From contig OZ245838.1 of the NCBI GenBank assembly GCA_965228735.1, forward strand, positions 4,736,001-4,800,000: a DNA stretch of 64,000 nt, read 5' to 3'. The translations under genes and the position numbers were made by a program. Of the stretch, positions 9,314 to 17,706 are shown piece after piece. The first letter of the stretch is position 1. Every line of letters starts with the position of its first letter. A model generated the notes under the pieces. That model was not told the origin of the DNA. It saw only the letters and a list, made by a program, of their open reading frames with translations, and made no database searches. Origin of the DNA: Planctomycetota bacterium. GTDB lineage: Bacteria; Planctomycetota; UBA1135; UBA2386.

Positions 9314-10108
9314 ATGCGCATGGTTTCCCTGGCAGCGGCCACCTCATTGGGGTTTGGTCTTGGTTTCGTCCCGTGGCAGCAAGGTAGTGAGTCGGAGGTC
9401 TACCGGGACTCCGACGGGAGGGTTCGTTGTCGTGTCGGGGCGCTAGAGTCGGGCGCAGGAGCTTTTGGCGTTGAAGTGCTTTCTGAGTCAGGAGACGTCG
9501 TAGTTGTCCTTAGTGCGGATTCAGCTGGTGCCCGAGTTTGTGCTGGTAGTCCGGGGGATGAGGGCAGCGTAGAGTTCACGTGCACAGATCGGGGTAGCGC
9601 TGTTAGACTTAGGTCGAACTCCGGCGACGCGATTGCACTGACATATGACCCAGGGGGAGGAGTGTCTCTCACGGGGGCTTCCAAGGATGGGAGCGCGTTC
9701 GAGCTCTCGAGCAATGCCACCGACGGGGCCCGCCTTACTGTCGAATCCCGTGAGGCGAGGTCCACGCTTCGGTCTTCAGATGGCAACGGTGTCTTCGAAA
9801 TGGCGTTGCGGGGAGAGAGGAGCGTTCGCGTGGCTTGCAGCTCAGACGGGTCTGCCGAAGTGGCCCTGGGAGCAAAGGGTGGAGCGGGTGTTAGACTTGA
9901 GAATCGGGTCGATGGTATCGATTCTGTTATCATTGGCGACCAAGCTCATGGCCCTGCGATTGTGATGCAATCGCGGGGTGACGAAGGCGCGGGCATCACA
10001 TTCTTTAACGACAAGCTGGTTCCAGTTCACCAGATTGGCTTGAAGGCCTCCGGCGAAGTATTCGACACATGGCCCGCAGTTAAGTCGCGCCGAGAGGCTG
10101 GCCGATGA
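9314..10108 (+). CDS. Exported beta-rich protein, putative immunity/accessory to RHS1
   Basis: Directly downstream of the RHS tip; hydrophobic N-terminus; short repeated beta-strand/Gly-turn pattern. Confidence 0.6.
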   Translation: MRMVSLAAATSLGFGLGFVPWQQGSESEVYRDSDGRVRCRVGALESGAGAFGVEVLSESGDVVVVLSADSAGARVCAGSPGDEGSVEFTCTDRGSAVRLRSNSGDAIALTYDPGGGVSLTGASKDGSAFELSSNATDGARLTVESREARSTLRSSDGNGVFEMALRGERSVRVACSSDGSAEVALGAKGGAGVRLENRVDGIDSVIIGDQAHGPAIVMQSRGDEGAGITFFNDKLVPVHQIGLKASGEVFDTWPAVKSRREAGR

Positions 10109-10830
10109 TGAGTCGTCTTGGGAGCTACTTTCCCTGGTTGGTTCTCTTAGTTGTCGTGGCTTGTGTTGCTCAGTCAGGCGGGTCGGTCGGGCGTGGACAT
10201 GCCTTTCACGCCTTCGGAGATGGGTCCGTTGAGTTTCGCATCAATGGTCCAGGTGGGGCTCGTGTCGCTCTCACATCCGGACTCGGGCGGGCGAGAGTAG
10301 AAGCCGCAGCGTCGCGGATGGCTGGGTCAGCGGCGATTCGGCTTGAAGCGGCGGGGGGCGCCGCGATTTCGAGCCGTGATTCGCTCGCGCTAGAGGTTGG
10401 TCCCGACCGGGAATCGCGAGTGGCGATTCGTCTTGGCGATGTTGCCATCGAGGCGGGCCAAGCTGATGGCGGTCGGGTGATCCTGGAGCGGGGTCAACGA
10501 GGCAACCGAGGAACGGACTTGTTGCCGCGCTCGATGGCAGTAGGTGGGCGGCTGCAATTGGTCGCAACCAGAGACGGTGGGGTTCTCGTATTGTATTCAA
10601 AAACCCGTTCGGGGGGCGGATTGCGTGCGTCGTTGGGGGCGCATCCTGGAGCAGATGACGATGGCGCTGTGGCGTTCAAACTGGGGAACTGCCTGGTCCA
10701 AGTTGCTGCCAGGATCGCGCGAACCCTACTGGGCGATGGTGGGAACGGTGGAGAGGGCTTGGAGTGGTCGGCAAAGGGGGGGTTCGTGTGGTTTGTACGT
10801 GCACGAGACGGTGGGCTCCAATTGAAGTGA
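10105..10830 (+). CDS. Putative lipoprotein, beta-rich, second immunity/accessory candidate
   Basis: WLVLLVVVAC lipobox-like; ATGA overlap with the previous gene. Confidence 0.55.
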   Translation: MMSRLGSYFPWLVLLVVVACVAQSGGSVGRGHAFHAFGDGSVEFRINGPGGARVALTSGLGRARVEAAASRMAGSAAIRLEAAGGAAISSRDSLALEVGPDRESRVAIRLGDVAIEAGQADGGRVILERGQRGNRGTDLLPRSMAVGGRLQLVATRDGGVLVLYSKTRSGGGLRASLGAHPGADDDGAVAFKLGNCLVQVAARIARTLLGDGGNGGEGLEWSAKGGFVWFVRARDGGLQLK

Positions 10831-10911
10831 TCCTTTCGTGGTGTTCGCAGTCAGCCAGTCAGTGTGACCATTCGGCTCAGTTTTCGGCCGTGCGGACCGC
10901 GCTTCCGCGTG

Positions 10912-11250
10912 AGTGTGCAACACAGTGTGCAACAGAATGTGCAGTGCCCTCGTTCACACCCTGACACGATTTGGCACAATGTGGCACAACCGCGCGACGC
11001 CCTGATCGCCACATCGCCCGACACGTGGCGCAGATAGGCACGATCTGGCACTGCCTGTCACACCCTGGCACAACCCCGCGCTCCGTCTTCGAGTCCTGCA
11101 GGGCCTATCACTCGCACTCCTCGAATGTGGCCGTTGACGGCCGATTCGAGGGGGTTCGGGGTCTGGGCGAGGGGCAGTGTGCAACAGAGTGTGCAACGGT
11201 CTTGTTCACAGCCTGGCACGACGTGGCACGATCTGGCACGGGGTGGCGTC
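10912..11250. other. attP-like junction: arm-type repeats and phased repeats on both sides of a tRNA-derived core
   Basis: AGTGTGCAACA-type 12-bp repeats at 10912/10924/10936 and 11176/11188. TGGCAC-type hexamers at 10-bp period (10962-10982, 11026-11066, 11214-11244). Confidence 0.8.
11088..11107 (+). repeat. att core 1: tRNA 3'-end fragment TTCGAGTCCTGCAGGGCCTA
   Basis: T-loop TTCGAGT, T-stem CCTGC, acceptor strand AGGGCCT, discriminator A. Identical copy at 48800-48819. Resembles Ile-type tRNA ends. Confidence 0.85.
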
Positions 11251-11432
11251 GGCGCTGCAGGGTGTGTCCTGCAGCGGAGCGCGTTTCGCCGGGTGCTGGT
11301 GCTCGGGGGCGTGTGCGGGCCGACGTTGCCCCGTGTGGGCGGCTTCTGGGCTGCGCAGAGATCCTGCGCCATCAGTGTTGCTGTCCTGGTGGGCAGCGCT
11401 CGCGGCCTCACTCGGTCGCGAGTAGCTTGGCA

Positions 11433-11942
11433 CTATCGTGAACGGAGAGCGGCCCCGAGCGCACCTAGCATGCCTGGGGCTATCTCACGGGCCAGTTCGG
11501 TTGTCGCCATGCTTGAGATCAACACAGCACGAAGAAGGTGAGTCTTCGTTGGAATCTGGTTGAGGATTCGATCGAAGAGTTCGCGGACACCGCTCTCCTC
11601 CAACGACAGCCATCGATCGGCGCTCCAGCCAGAGAATTGAATCGACCAGCATCGTCTGTCCGCTTCGCGCGTCTCAATCGTCGCGCTCAAGTTGGGAGCG
11701 ACTTCGCCCAACGGCACCATGTTCAGTGGGCCAGCTGTCTCGGCCTCACCCGTGGGCATCGAGTTGTACTCGAACCGAAAGATCACTGAATCAGGCGAGG
11801 CAGTGTCGTACTGCAAGGTGGCTGCAGACGGCATGTCTCGTGCCATCGCGTAGTAGCGATCGTTTCCGACGCGATGGGGACCCAGCTTTCTAAGCCGTTG
11901 GCCTGGCGAGATCGTGACTGATGCAGAATCGGTCATCGGCAT
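11433..11942 (-). CDS. Hypothetical protein
   Basis: GGAGG RBS; overlaps the end of the upstream TM-GAF gene. Confidence 0.65.
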   Translation of the reverse strand: MPMTDSASVTISPGQRLRKLGPHRVGNDRYYAMARDMPSAATLQYDTASPDSVIFRFEYNSMPTGEAETAGPLNMVPLGEVAPNLSATIETREADRRCWSIQFSGWSADRWLSLEESGVRELFDRILNQIPTKTHLLRAVLISSMATTELAREIAPGMLGALGAALRSR

Positions 11943-12862
11943 GCCTCCACTAGCTTGCGAAGAACACGGCGTGCGAAGTAGTCAATAGCGATGAACACGC
12001 TTGCCTCCATCTGCTGCAGGCGAGCTTTGAGTTCCACTTCGTTGTTGCTTGGTCGGGTCGTTTTCTCGAGATCCTCTAGCCGCTCACTACTGCCAAGGAC
12101 ATTCGCAGCTACGCGGGCATCGACACAAACTACTCCGATCTTGCCGCTGTGGTGCTCGGATTCGTGCCGCAGAGTCCCGGCGAGGACGTAGCTGGCTGGG
12201 CGCGACTCCATGCTGCTACTTAAGACGCCCATGGCATCGCGGTATTCCCTCGAACTCGAGTCTACGCTCCCATCCGCGCTTCGTGGTGCTGATTTCGCCA
12301 TGTTGGTTGAGTCACGCCACGCCATGCCGGCGACGCCGTCGTAACTTCCCTTGTTCGTGTCGATCTCCAACCAGCGCGACTGCGCAACGTCCGATCCCGG
12401 CGCGTTTCGAAGCAGCGGGCGAAGATACGTCTTGCCGTTCTTGGGGTCCTTATAGGTCATCAGAAGAGTGACCCGGAAGTCGCTGTTGTCGTTCAGCAAG
12501 TAGAAGATCCCCTCGAGAAACCGCTGCGCGCGCGTGAGCGCTTCATCCAGCAACTCATCACGTCGGGCGGCCTTGGCGGCCACCGGTATCAGTTCGGCGA
12601 ACGTTAGTGCGCCAAGCAGCCAGGCGGCATGAACCTTGGTGACCGAGAACCAACTGAGAACCGCCGCAGTGGCGAGCCCGATCCTCACGACGGATAGAAG
12701 CCAAAACCAGACCCAGCCGCCTTCGATCTTGAGAGCGATGCGGCCGAGGAAGCGAAGCACTGATCGGAGCCACTCGGTCCCCTTAGGCCAGCTACGACGC
12801 TGACTCTCGGCCCTTTCGAAGATCCGGTTGCAGTAGTCGGCATCATCCCGGACGACCCTCAT
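11933..12862 (-). CDS. 2-TM protein with GAF-like C-terminal domain
   Basis: Two hydrophobic helices, then FRVTLL...GVAGMAW...IGVVCVD, a GAF-like pattern. Confidence 0.6.
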   Translation of the reverse strand: MRVVRDDADYCNRIFERAESQRRSWPKGTEWLRSVLRFLGRIALKIEGGWVWFWLLSVVRIGLATAAVLSWFSVTKVHAAWLLGALTFAELIPVAAKAARRDELLDEALTRAQRFLEGIFYLLNDNSDFRVTLLMTYKDPKNGKTYLRPLLRNAPGSDVAQSRWLEIDTNKGSYDGVAGMAWRDSTNMAKSAPRSADGSVDSSSREYRDAMGVLSSSMESRPASYVLAGTLRHESEHHSGKIGVVCVDARVAANVLGSSERLEDLEKTTRPSNNEVELKARLQQMEASVFIAIDYFARRVLRKLVEACR

Positions 12863-12945
12863 TCTTCTGCAAGATCCCGCGCACGACCAATTCAGTCAAG
12901 AATCCGTCGCCCCGAAAGGTGGTTGTGGGGATCTGCCCTCTCCGA

Positions 12946-13402
12946 TTACGCGCCTGAGAACATTTTCGGCACCGGAAACGTCCCCGGCACCTCCCGGAAC
13001 AGGTCGTCCTCTCCAAGTTCGCCGTAGAGGTCCATCGTCAGCCGGATGTCCGAGTGCCGTAGGACCTGCTGTATGATCTTCGGGTGGACGTTGAGCTCGA
13101 TGAGGATCCGGGCGCAGCTCTTGCGTAGCGCGTGGAAGTCAACGCGTCGGGTCGTAGCACTGCGCTGCGGCGTCAGGCCGGCGTAGGCCGCGTCCTTGCG
13201 CACGATCTCGGCGATCTTCGAGGGCACCCGGAAGACGGGGTCCGTCTCGCGCACCGGGCCAGCGAGGCGCTCCATCTGTAGCTTGCTCCGGCGAGTCCGC
13301 ATGTTGCGCAGGGCTTGGGCGACGAAGTCCTGCAAGGGCACGAGAGCGTCGTCGCCGTTCTTCGTGAACTGGCCGGCCAGGCGCACGCACGGCTTGTCAC
13401 CC
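12946..13402 (-). pseudogene. Duplicated 3' third of the integrase at 15900-17135
   Basis: Peptide KPCVRLAGQFTKNG...FPVP nearly identical to the intact integrase; lacks the N-terminus and first catalytic Arg. Confidence 0.9.
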
Positions 13403-13444
13403 GAGCGCATCTTGCCGCCCTCTGCAAGTCCTGAGAACAAGCTG

Positions 13445-14188
13445 CTACTGCTCCTTGCTTTGGTCCTCTGGTGCAAGTGCCTTCTGCAGATGGTCCAGGA
13501 ATACGCCTTCGAGCTGCCCCGTCGTGACGGGCTCGGGATTCGTGGGTGTTGGTTGCACGTGCGCTTGAAGAAGTGAGATCAGGCGATCGGTGCTTTGGAT
13601 CGGTGCGCCCTCGAGGAAGTCGTGCCAGACCCAGCCGTTCCACAGCTTCAAGCTGTCGGCTGTCGACACGTTCACGTTAATCGTGACCTTTAGCTTCTCC
13701 TCCGCGAAGCGCGCGACGAAGACGTTGAAGCTCACGGCAGATCGACACGCTGCCGGCTCGCTAGTGACGATCGGATCCGGTTGCCGTTCCTCTTTCGTGA
13801 CTCTCCCTGTGGCGCGGACAACTGCGGCGTTCGCCGAGCCCTCGAAACGAACCGGTTCGAGCCATTGCTTCAGGATGTAGCGAGTGCTCGTGACGTTGCC
13901 GAGCTTGACGATCCCATCACCGTCCGAGCCGCTTGTCAGCATCTTCTTTGCGACGACGATGCCCGAGTCCTTCTCAAGAGTCTCGATCGAGATCTGCTGC
14001 TCCGCGAAGAACTGAATGATCGCTTCCCACGCCTTGTCGAACGACACGTTCTCGAACGTCCGTGAGTTTGCAACGGAAGGCACTGCGGGTGGAGTGTAGG
14101 CCTGCGCGAGCTGATGCGCCGTCCGAGTGGCTGTGCAGGCGGTGCATGCGAATGCAGCGAGAAGGGCGATCGTCGTCTTCTTCAGCAT
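13445..14188 (-). CDS. Lipoprotein with a BamC-like helix-grip N-terminal motif
   Basis: MLKKTTIALLAAFAC lipobox; SRTFENVSFDKAWEAIIQFF...IETLEKDSGIV. Confidence 0.7.
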   Translation of the reverse strand: MLKKTTIALLAAFACTACTATRTAHQLAQAYTPPAVPSVANSRTFENVSFDKAWEAIIQFFAEQQISIETLEKDSGIVVAKKMLTSGSDGDGIVKLGNVTSTRYILKQWLEPVRFEGSANAAVVRATGRVTKEERQPDPIVTSEPAACRSAVSFNVFVARFAEEKLKVTINVNVSTADSLKLWNGWVWHDFLEGAPIQSTDRLISLLQAHVQPTPTNPEPVTTGQLEGVFLDHLQKALAPEDQSKEQ

Positions 14189-14448
14189 GAGGGAGGCTCT
14201 CCTGGTCATTCTCCTCCCTCCAGCATGATCACGTGTGGAAGTTTGCGCAACTCGATTCCCTTGCCTGAGCGGTGTGGCTCCCTCACAACGCTTGGCAGTG
14301 AACTCGACGGCATGATCAAGGCACTGGCCGCCGTGGCGGTCGTCTTCGCGTTGAACCGGACCGCCAAGCCATGCGAGTCTTGGCTGTGCAGCGAGTTGAC
14401 CGTAAGTGTGAGCACGAAGTAACGACTGCGTTCGCGTAGGATGAAGGC

Positions 14449-15768
14449 ATGATCAAGAAGAAGGGGTCGCGATGGAATCCCGAGCATCTGGAAGTCGTCA
14501 GAGAGGGGGCTGAAGCGATTCGGCAGTGGCGCAAGAGACACCCGGGTGGGCAGCTTGAACTAGTAGGCGTCAAAGACCTTGCCGGTGCGAAACTAGCGCG
14601 TGCCGATCTGAGTGGTTCGAACCTCGCCGAGGCGAACCTCGTGCGGGCCGATCTGGCTGGAGCAGACCTCAGGAATGCCACACTCGATCGGGCTGATCTC
14701 AGTGACGCTGATTTGACCGCGGCGTTCCTCTCTGGGTCATCTCTCTGCGGCGCTCGTCTTCGGGGCGCCGACATCAGGGGCGCGAACCTTCGGGACGCGG
14801 AGATTAGCCACGCGGACCTGTCCAGCGCTTCGCTTGTCGACGCCGACCTCACAGGCGTGAACCTGGCGAGCTCTGATCTTTCGAACGCGACCCTCAAGCG
14901 GGCAAACCTAAAGAAATCCAATCTGTGCGAAGCGAACTTGTCCGATGCCTCCCTTGAATTCGCATATCTCGGGAGGGCGAACCTCGCGAGTGCAAATCTC
15001 TCTCGGGCGGAGCTGGGGTGGGCGGTACTGACGAACTGCAACTGGGAAGGGGCCGTCGTGGCTCGCCCGCAGATGCGGAATACCATCATCGGCTCAGATC
15101 TGACAGCCGCGGCCGTGCTTGATGTGTTCCATGGTGCGCGTTCCAAGATCACCTCCGATTGTCTGCTCCGGGCCACCCGGCGTCCCTGGCCCATCGAGTT
15201 CCTCCGCGGCGTCGGCCTCTCCAACGCCGAGATCGACTTTGCTCGATCGATGTCCTCTAACGCACTGGACTTCTACTCCGCCTTCATCAGCTACAGCGCC
15301 AAGGGCGAGGACGACCGCTTCGCCGTCAAGCTGCACGATGCGCTGCAGGTCACGGGCGTGCGCTGCTGGCTTGACAAGCACGAGGTTGATCCCGGCGATG
15401 ACGTACTCGAGCGCATCAACGAGGGTGTGCGTCTCTGGGACAAGGTACTGCTGGTTTGTTCTAGACAGTCACTCAAGAGCCACTGGGTCCGGCGCGAAGT
15501 AGAGCGTGCATTTCAGAAAGAGAAGGAGCTCGAGGATCGCCATGGCAAGCGGATTCTCTGCATCATGCCCATCGACCTCGACGGCTACCTCTTCAGCCGT
15601 CACTGCACCTTCAAGTTCACGAGCGACCTTCGCGAGCGCCACGCTGCCAAGTTCCGGGGTTGGCAGGACGACGAGAGCATCTTCGACACGCAACTGGAGC
15701 GGGTCGTCAAGGCACTCCGGTCGGGCGACATGGTGCGGCCGCCGCCGCCTACGTCAAAGCTAGGCTAG
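14449..15768 (+). CDS. Pentapeptide-repeat plus C-terminal TIR domain protein
   Basis: A(D/N)LxX repeats; TIR FISYS...CWLD...SHWVRREV with catalytic Glu. Confidence 0.9.
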   Translation: MIKKKGSRWNPEHLEVVREGAEAIRQWRKRHPGGQLELVGVKDLAGAKLARADLSGSNLAEANLVRADLAGADLRNATLDRADLSDADLTAAFLSGSSLCGARLRGADIRGANLRDAEISHADLSSASLVDADLTGVNLASSDLSNATLKRANLKKSNLCEANLSDASLEFAYLGRANLASANLSRAELGWAVLTNCNWEGAVVARPQMRNTIIGSDLTAAAVLDVFHGARSKITSDCLLRATRRPWPIEFLRGVGLSNAEIDFARSMSSNALDFYSAFISYSAKGEDDRFAVKLHDALQVTGVRCWLDKHEVDPGDDVLERINEGVRLWDKVLLVCSRQSLKSHWVRREVERAFQKEKELEDRHGKRILCIMPIDLDGYLFSRHCTFKFTSDLRERHAAKFRGWQDDESIFDTQLERVVKALRSGDMVRPPPPTSKLG

Positions 15769-15899
15769 TTGGTGCCACAGTCGCCGCCGCTTACTTCACT
15801 CGGAGGACTCGGTGGGCGACGTCGTTCACGGGGACGGTCTCGGCTGCGTCGGGGTGGGAGATGTTCAGCTCGTTCCCACGCGCAGCCGAACTTGTCTTC

Positions 15900-17135
15900 T
15901 TAGGCGAACAGCGATCTCCCAGGCGTCTCGGTCTCGTTGAACATTCTCGGCACCGGGAACGTCCCCGGCACCTCTCGGAACAGGTCGTCCTCGCCGAGCT
16001 CGCCGTAGAGGTCCATCGTGAGCCGGATGTCCGAGTGCCGCAGGACCTGCTGGATGATCTTCGGGTGGACGTTGAGCTCGATAAGGATCCGCGCGCAGCT
16101 CTTGCGCAGGCCGTGGAAGTCGACACGCCGAGTCGTCGCGCTGCGCTGCGGCGTCAAGCCGGCGTGGGCCGCGTCCTTGCGCACGATTTCGGCGATCTTG
16201 GACGGCACTCGGAACACCGGGTCCGTTTCGCGCACGGGGCCAGCGAGGCGCTCCATCTGTAGCTTGCTCCGGCGAGTCCGCATGTTGCGCAGGGCTTGGG
16301 CGACGAAGTCCTGCAAGGGCACGAGAGCGTCGTCGCCGTTCTTCGTGAACTGGCCGGCCAGGCGCACGCATGGCTTGTTGCCAGTCAGCGTCAGGTCCTC
16401 CCAGTAGATCGACGCGCACTCGTTGGCGCGGAAGCCCGTCGTCAGCGTGAACCAGTAGAGCACTTGCCGGTCGCGGACAGCCTCACCGCCATCGTGGGTT
16501 GGCGTTCCGCCGAGCACGCGCTCTTCCTCGAACCGCGCCCAGGCCGCTTCGACGAGTTGCTCGGCTTCCTCGAAGCGGAAGCCAACGCGCCGGTAGACGC
16601 GGTGCTTGTCGCGTTTCGGAGTGCGCACGCGTAGTTGATGGAACGGGTCGCGGTCCCAGCGTCCCGTGCGTTCAAGCCACCGGCCGAAAGCGCGGAGTGC
16701 CCCGGCGTGGTGGTCGCGCGTCTTGACGCTGCGCTTGGTGCGAATGCGCGCGAGGAAGCGCTCGACGTCCGGCAGCGCGATCGACGGAATCGTTGCGACC
16801 TTTGCGAACGATGCGAACGCCCGGATCTGTCGAATCGACTCGCGCACGTAGCGCGGGTTGCGGTCCTCGGACTCCAGGTTCGCCTTGTAGTCGTCGACCA
16901 GCTTGCCGATCGGCATTGTGCGGAACTCGGCGTAGCGGTCGACCTCGCCGAACTTGGCCTTCTCTACGTCGCGGACCTTTCGTGCCAGGGCGTCACGGGC
17001 GACGCGCAGGTCCTTCGTCTTGGCCGAGCGACGCCGCACGACCCCTGCTTCGTCGGTGTAGACAAAGTGCCAGTAGGGGCTCCCAGGTCGCTTGTACGGG
17101 TTGCCCCGCCAGGCGTTCTCCGGGCTTTTCTTCAC
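15900..17135 (-). CDS. Tyrosine integrase 1
   Basis: Arm-binding N-terminus; catalytic motifs GFRANE, TKNG, HGLR, RHSD...DLY. Confidence 0.95.
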   Translation of the reverse strand: MKKSPENAWRGNPYKRPGSPYWHFVYTDEAGVVRRRSAKTKDLRVARDALARKVRDVEKAKFGEVDRYAEFRTMPIGKLVDDYKANLESEDRNPRYVRESIRQIRAFASFAKVATIPSIALPDVERFLARIRTKRSVKTRDHHAGALRAFGRWLERTGRWDRDPFHQLRVRTPKRDKHRVYRRVGFRFEEAEQLVEAAWARFEEERVLGGTPTHDGGEAVRDRQVLYWFTLTTGFRANECASIYWEDLTLTGNKPCVRLAGQFTKNGDDALVPLQDFVAQALRNMRTRRSKLQMERLAGPVRETDPVFRVPSKIAEIVRKDAAHAGLTPQRSATTRRVDFHGLRKSCARILIELNVHPKIIQQVLRHSDIRLTMDLYGELGEDDLFREVPGTFPVPRMFNETETPGRSLFA

Positions 17136-17413
17136 GCGGCACCCTCGACGAACGCGAGCACTTCCGAGGCGACGAGCAGCGTGCGGCCGCGCAGGCGGCG
17201 TGGCTCGGGAAAGCCGGAATCGGGATCAGCCATCAACCGCCACACACTGCGCTTCGAGACGCCGACCATGAAGGCCGTTTCGGGGACAGACCAGAACCTC
17301 TTCTCCTCCAACTCGCATCGGTCGAAAGGTGCAGGTTTGTGGGTTGATGCCGTCGGCGGCGCATGGATGTCGCTCTCGCGGGCCGGTGGGGCGAGGTCGG
17401 GGTCGTGAGTCAT
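17132..17413 (-). CDS. Excisionase / AlpA-like HTH
   Basis: WSVPETAFMVGVSKRSVWRLM...FPEPRRLRGRTL; coupled to the integrase. Confidence 0.85.
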   Translation of the reverse strand: MTHDPDLAPPARESDIHAPPTASTHKPAPFDRCELEEKRFWSVPETAFMVGVSKRSVWRLMADPDSGFPEPRRLRGRTLLVASEVLAFVEGAA

Positions 17414-17706
17414 CGATGGCCCTCCGTTTCGAGTTCGGGGAGCAGTTGGCCGAGGACCTCGCGATCGATTCCGCGGCGAGTGCTGTCGTCAGCCGGGCGT
17501 ACGACGCTGTGGCGTTCGCCGGATCTCGAGATGCGCTTTGGCCAGGACAGTCCAAGGGCGCCGTCCGATTTCCGCCGCAATGTGACGCCGTCTACGACGA
17601 GGTTGCCGTAGTAGAGCGACAGGTAGCCGAGTAGCCCCCCGCGGACATCGGCGTCCGAGGCACGAACCCAGGTCCTGACACGGATGGTGGGTGACGGAGA
17701 GCTCAT
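17410..17706 (-). CDS. SpoVG-like small nucleic-acid-binding protein
   Basis: LLGYLSLYYGNLVVDGVTLRR...LGLSWP...VVRP pattern; lies in the replication operon. Confidence 0.6.
   Translation of the reverse strand: MSSPSPTIRVRTWVRASDADVRGGLLGYLSLYYGNLVVDGVTLRRKSDGALGLSWPKRISRSGERHSVVRPADDSTRRGIDREVLGQLLPELETEGHR

Noticed and set aside
11040..11110. Complete tRNA gene (also at 48800)
   Set aside because: Only the T-loop to discriminator is present; upstream sequence gives no D arm, anticodon arm or 5' acceptor strand.
10960..11250. TGGCAC repeats as sigma-54 promoters
   Set aside because: No TTGC at the required -12 spacing (the GC is one base off). The 10-bp phasing beside an att core fits recombination sites better.
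10912..11250. CRISPR array
   Set aside because: Repeats are 6-12 bp with no unique spacers, and no cas genes are present.
12946..16390. Diversity-generating retroelement TR/VR pair
   Set aside because: Differences are mostly synonymous, not adenine-specific, and no reverse transcriptase is present.
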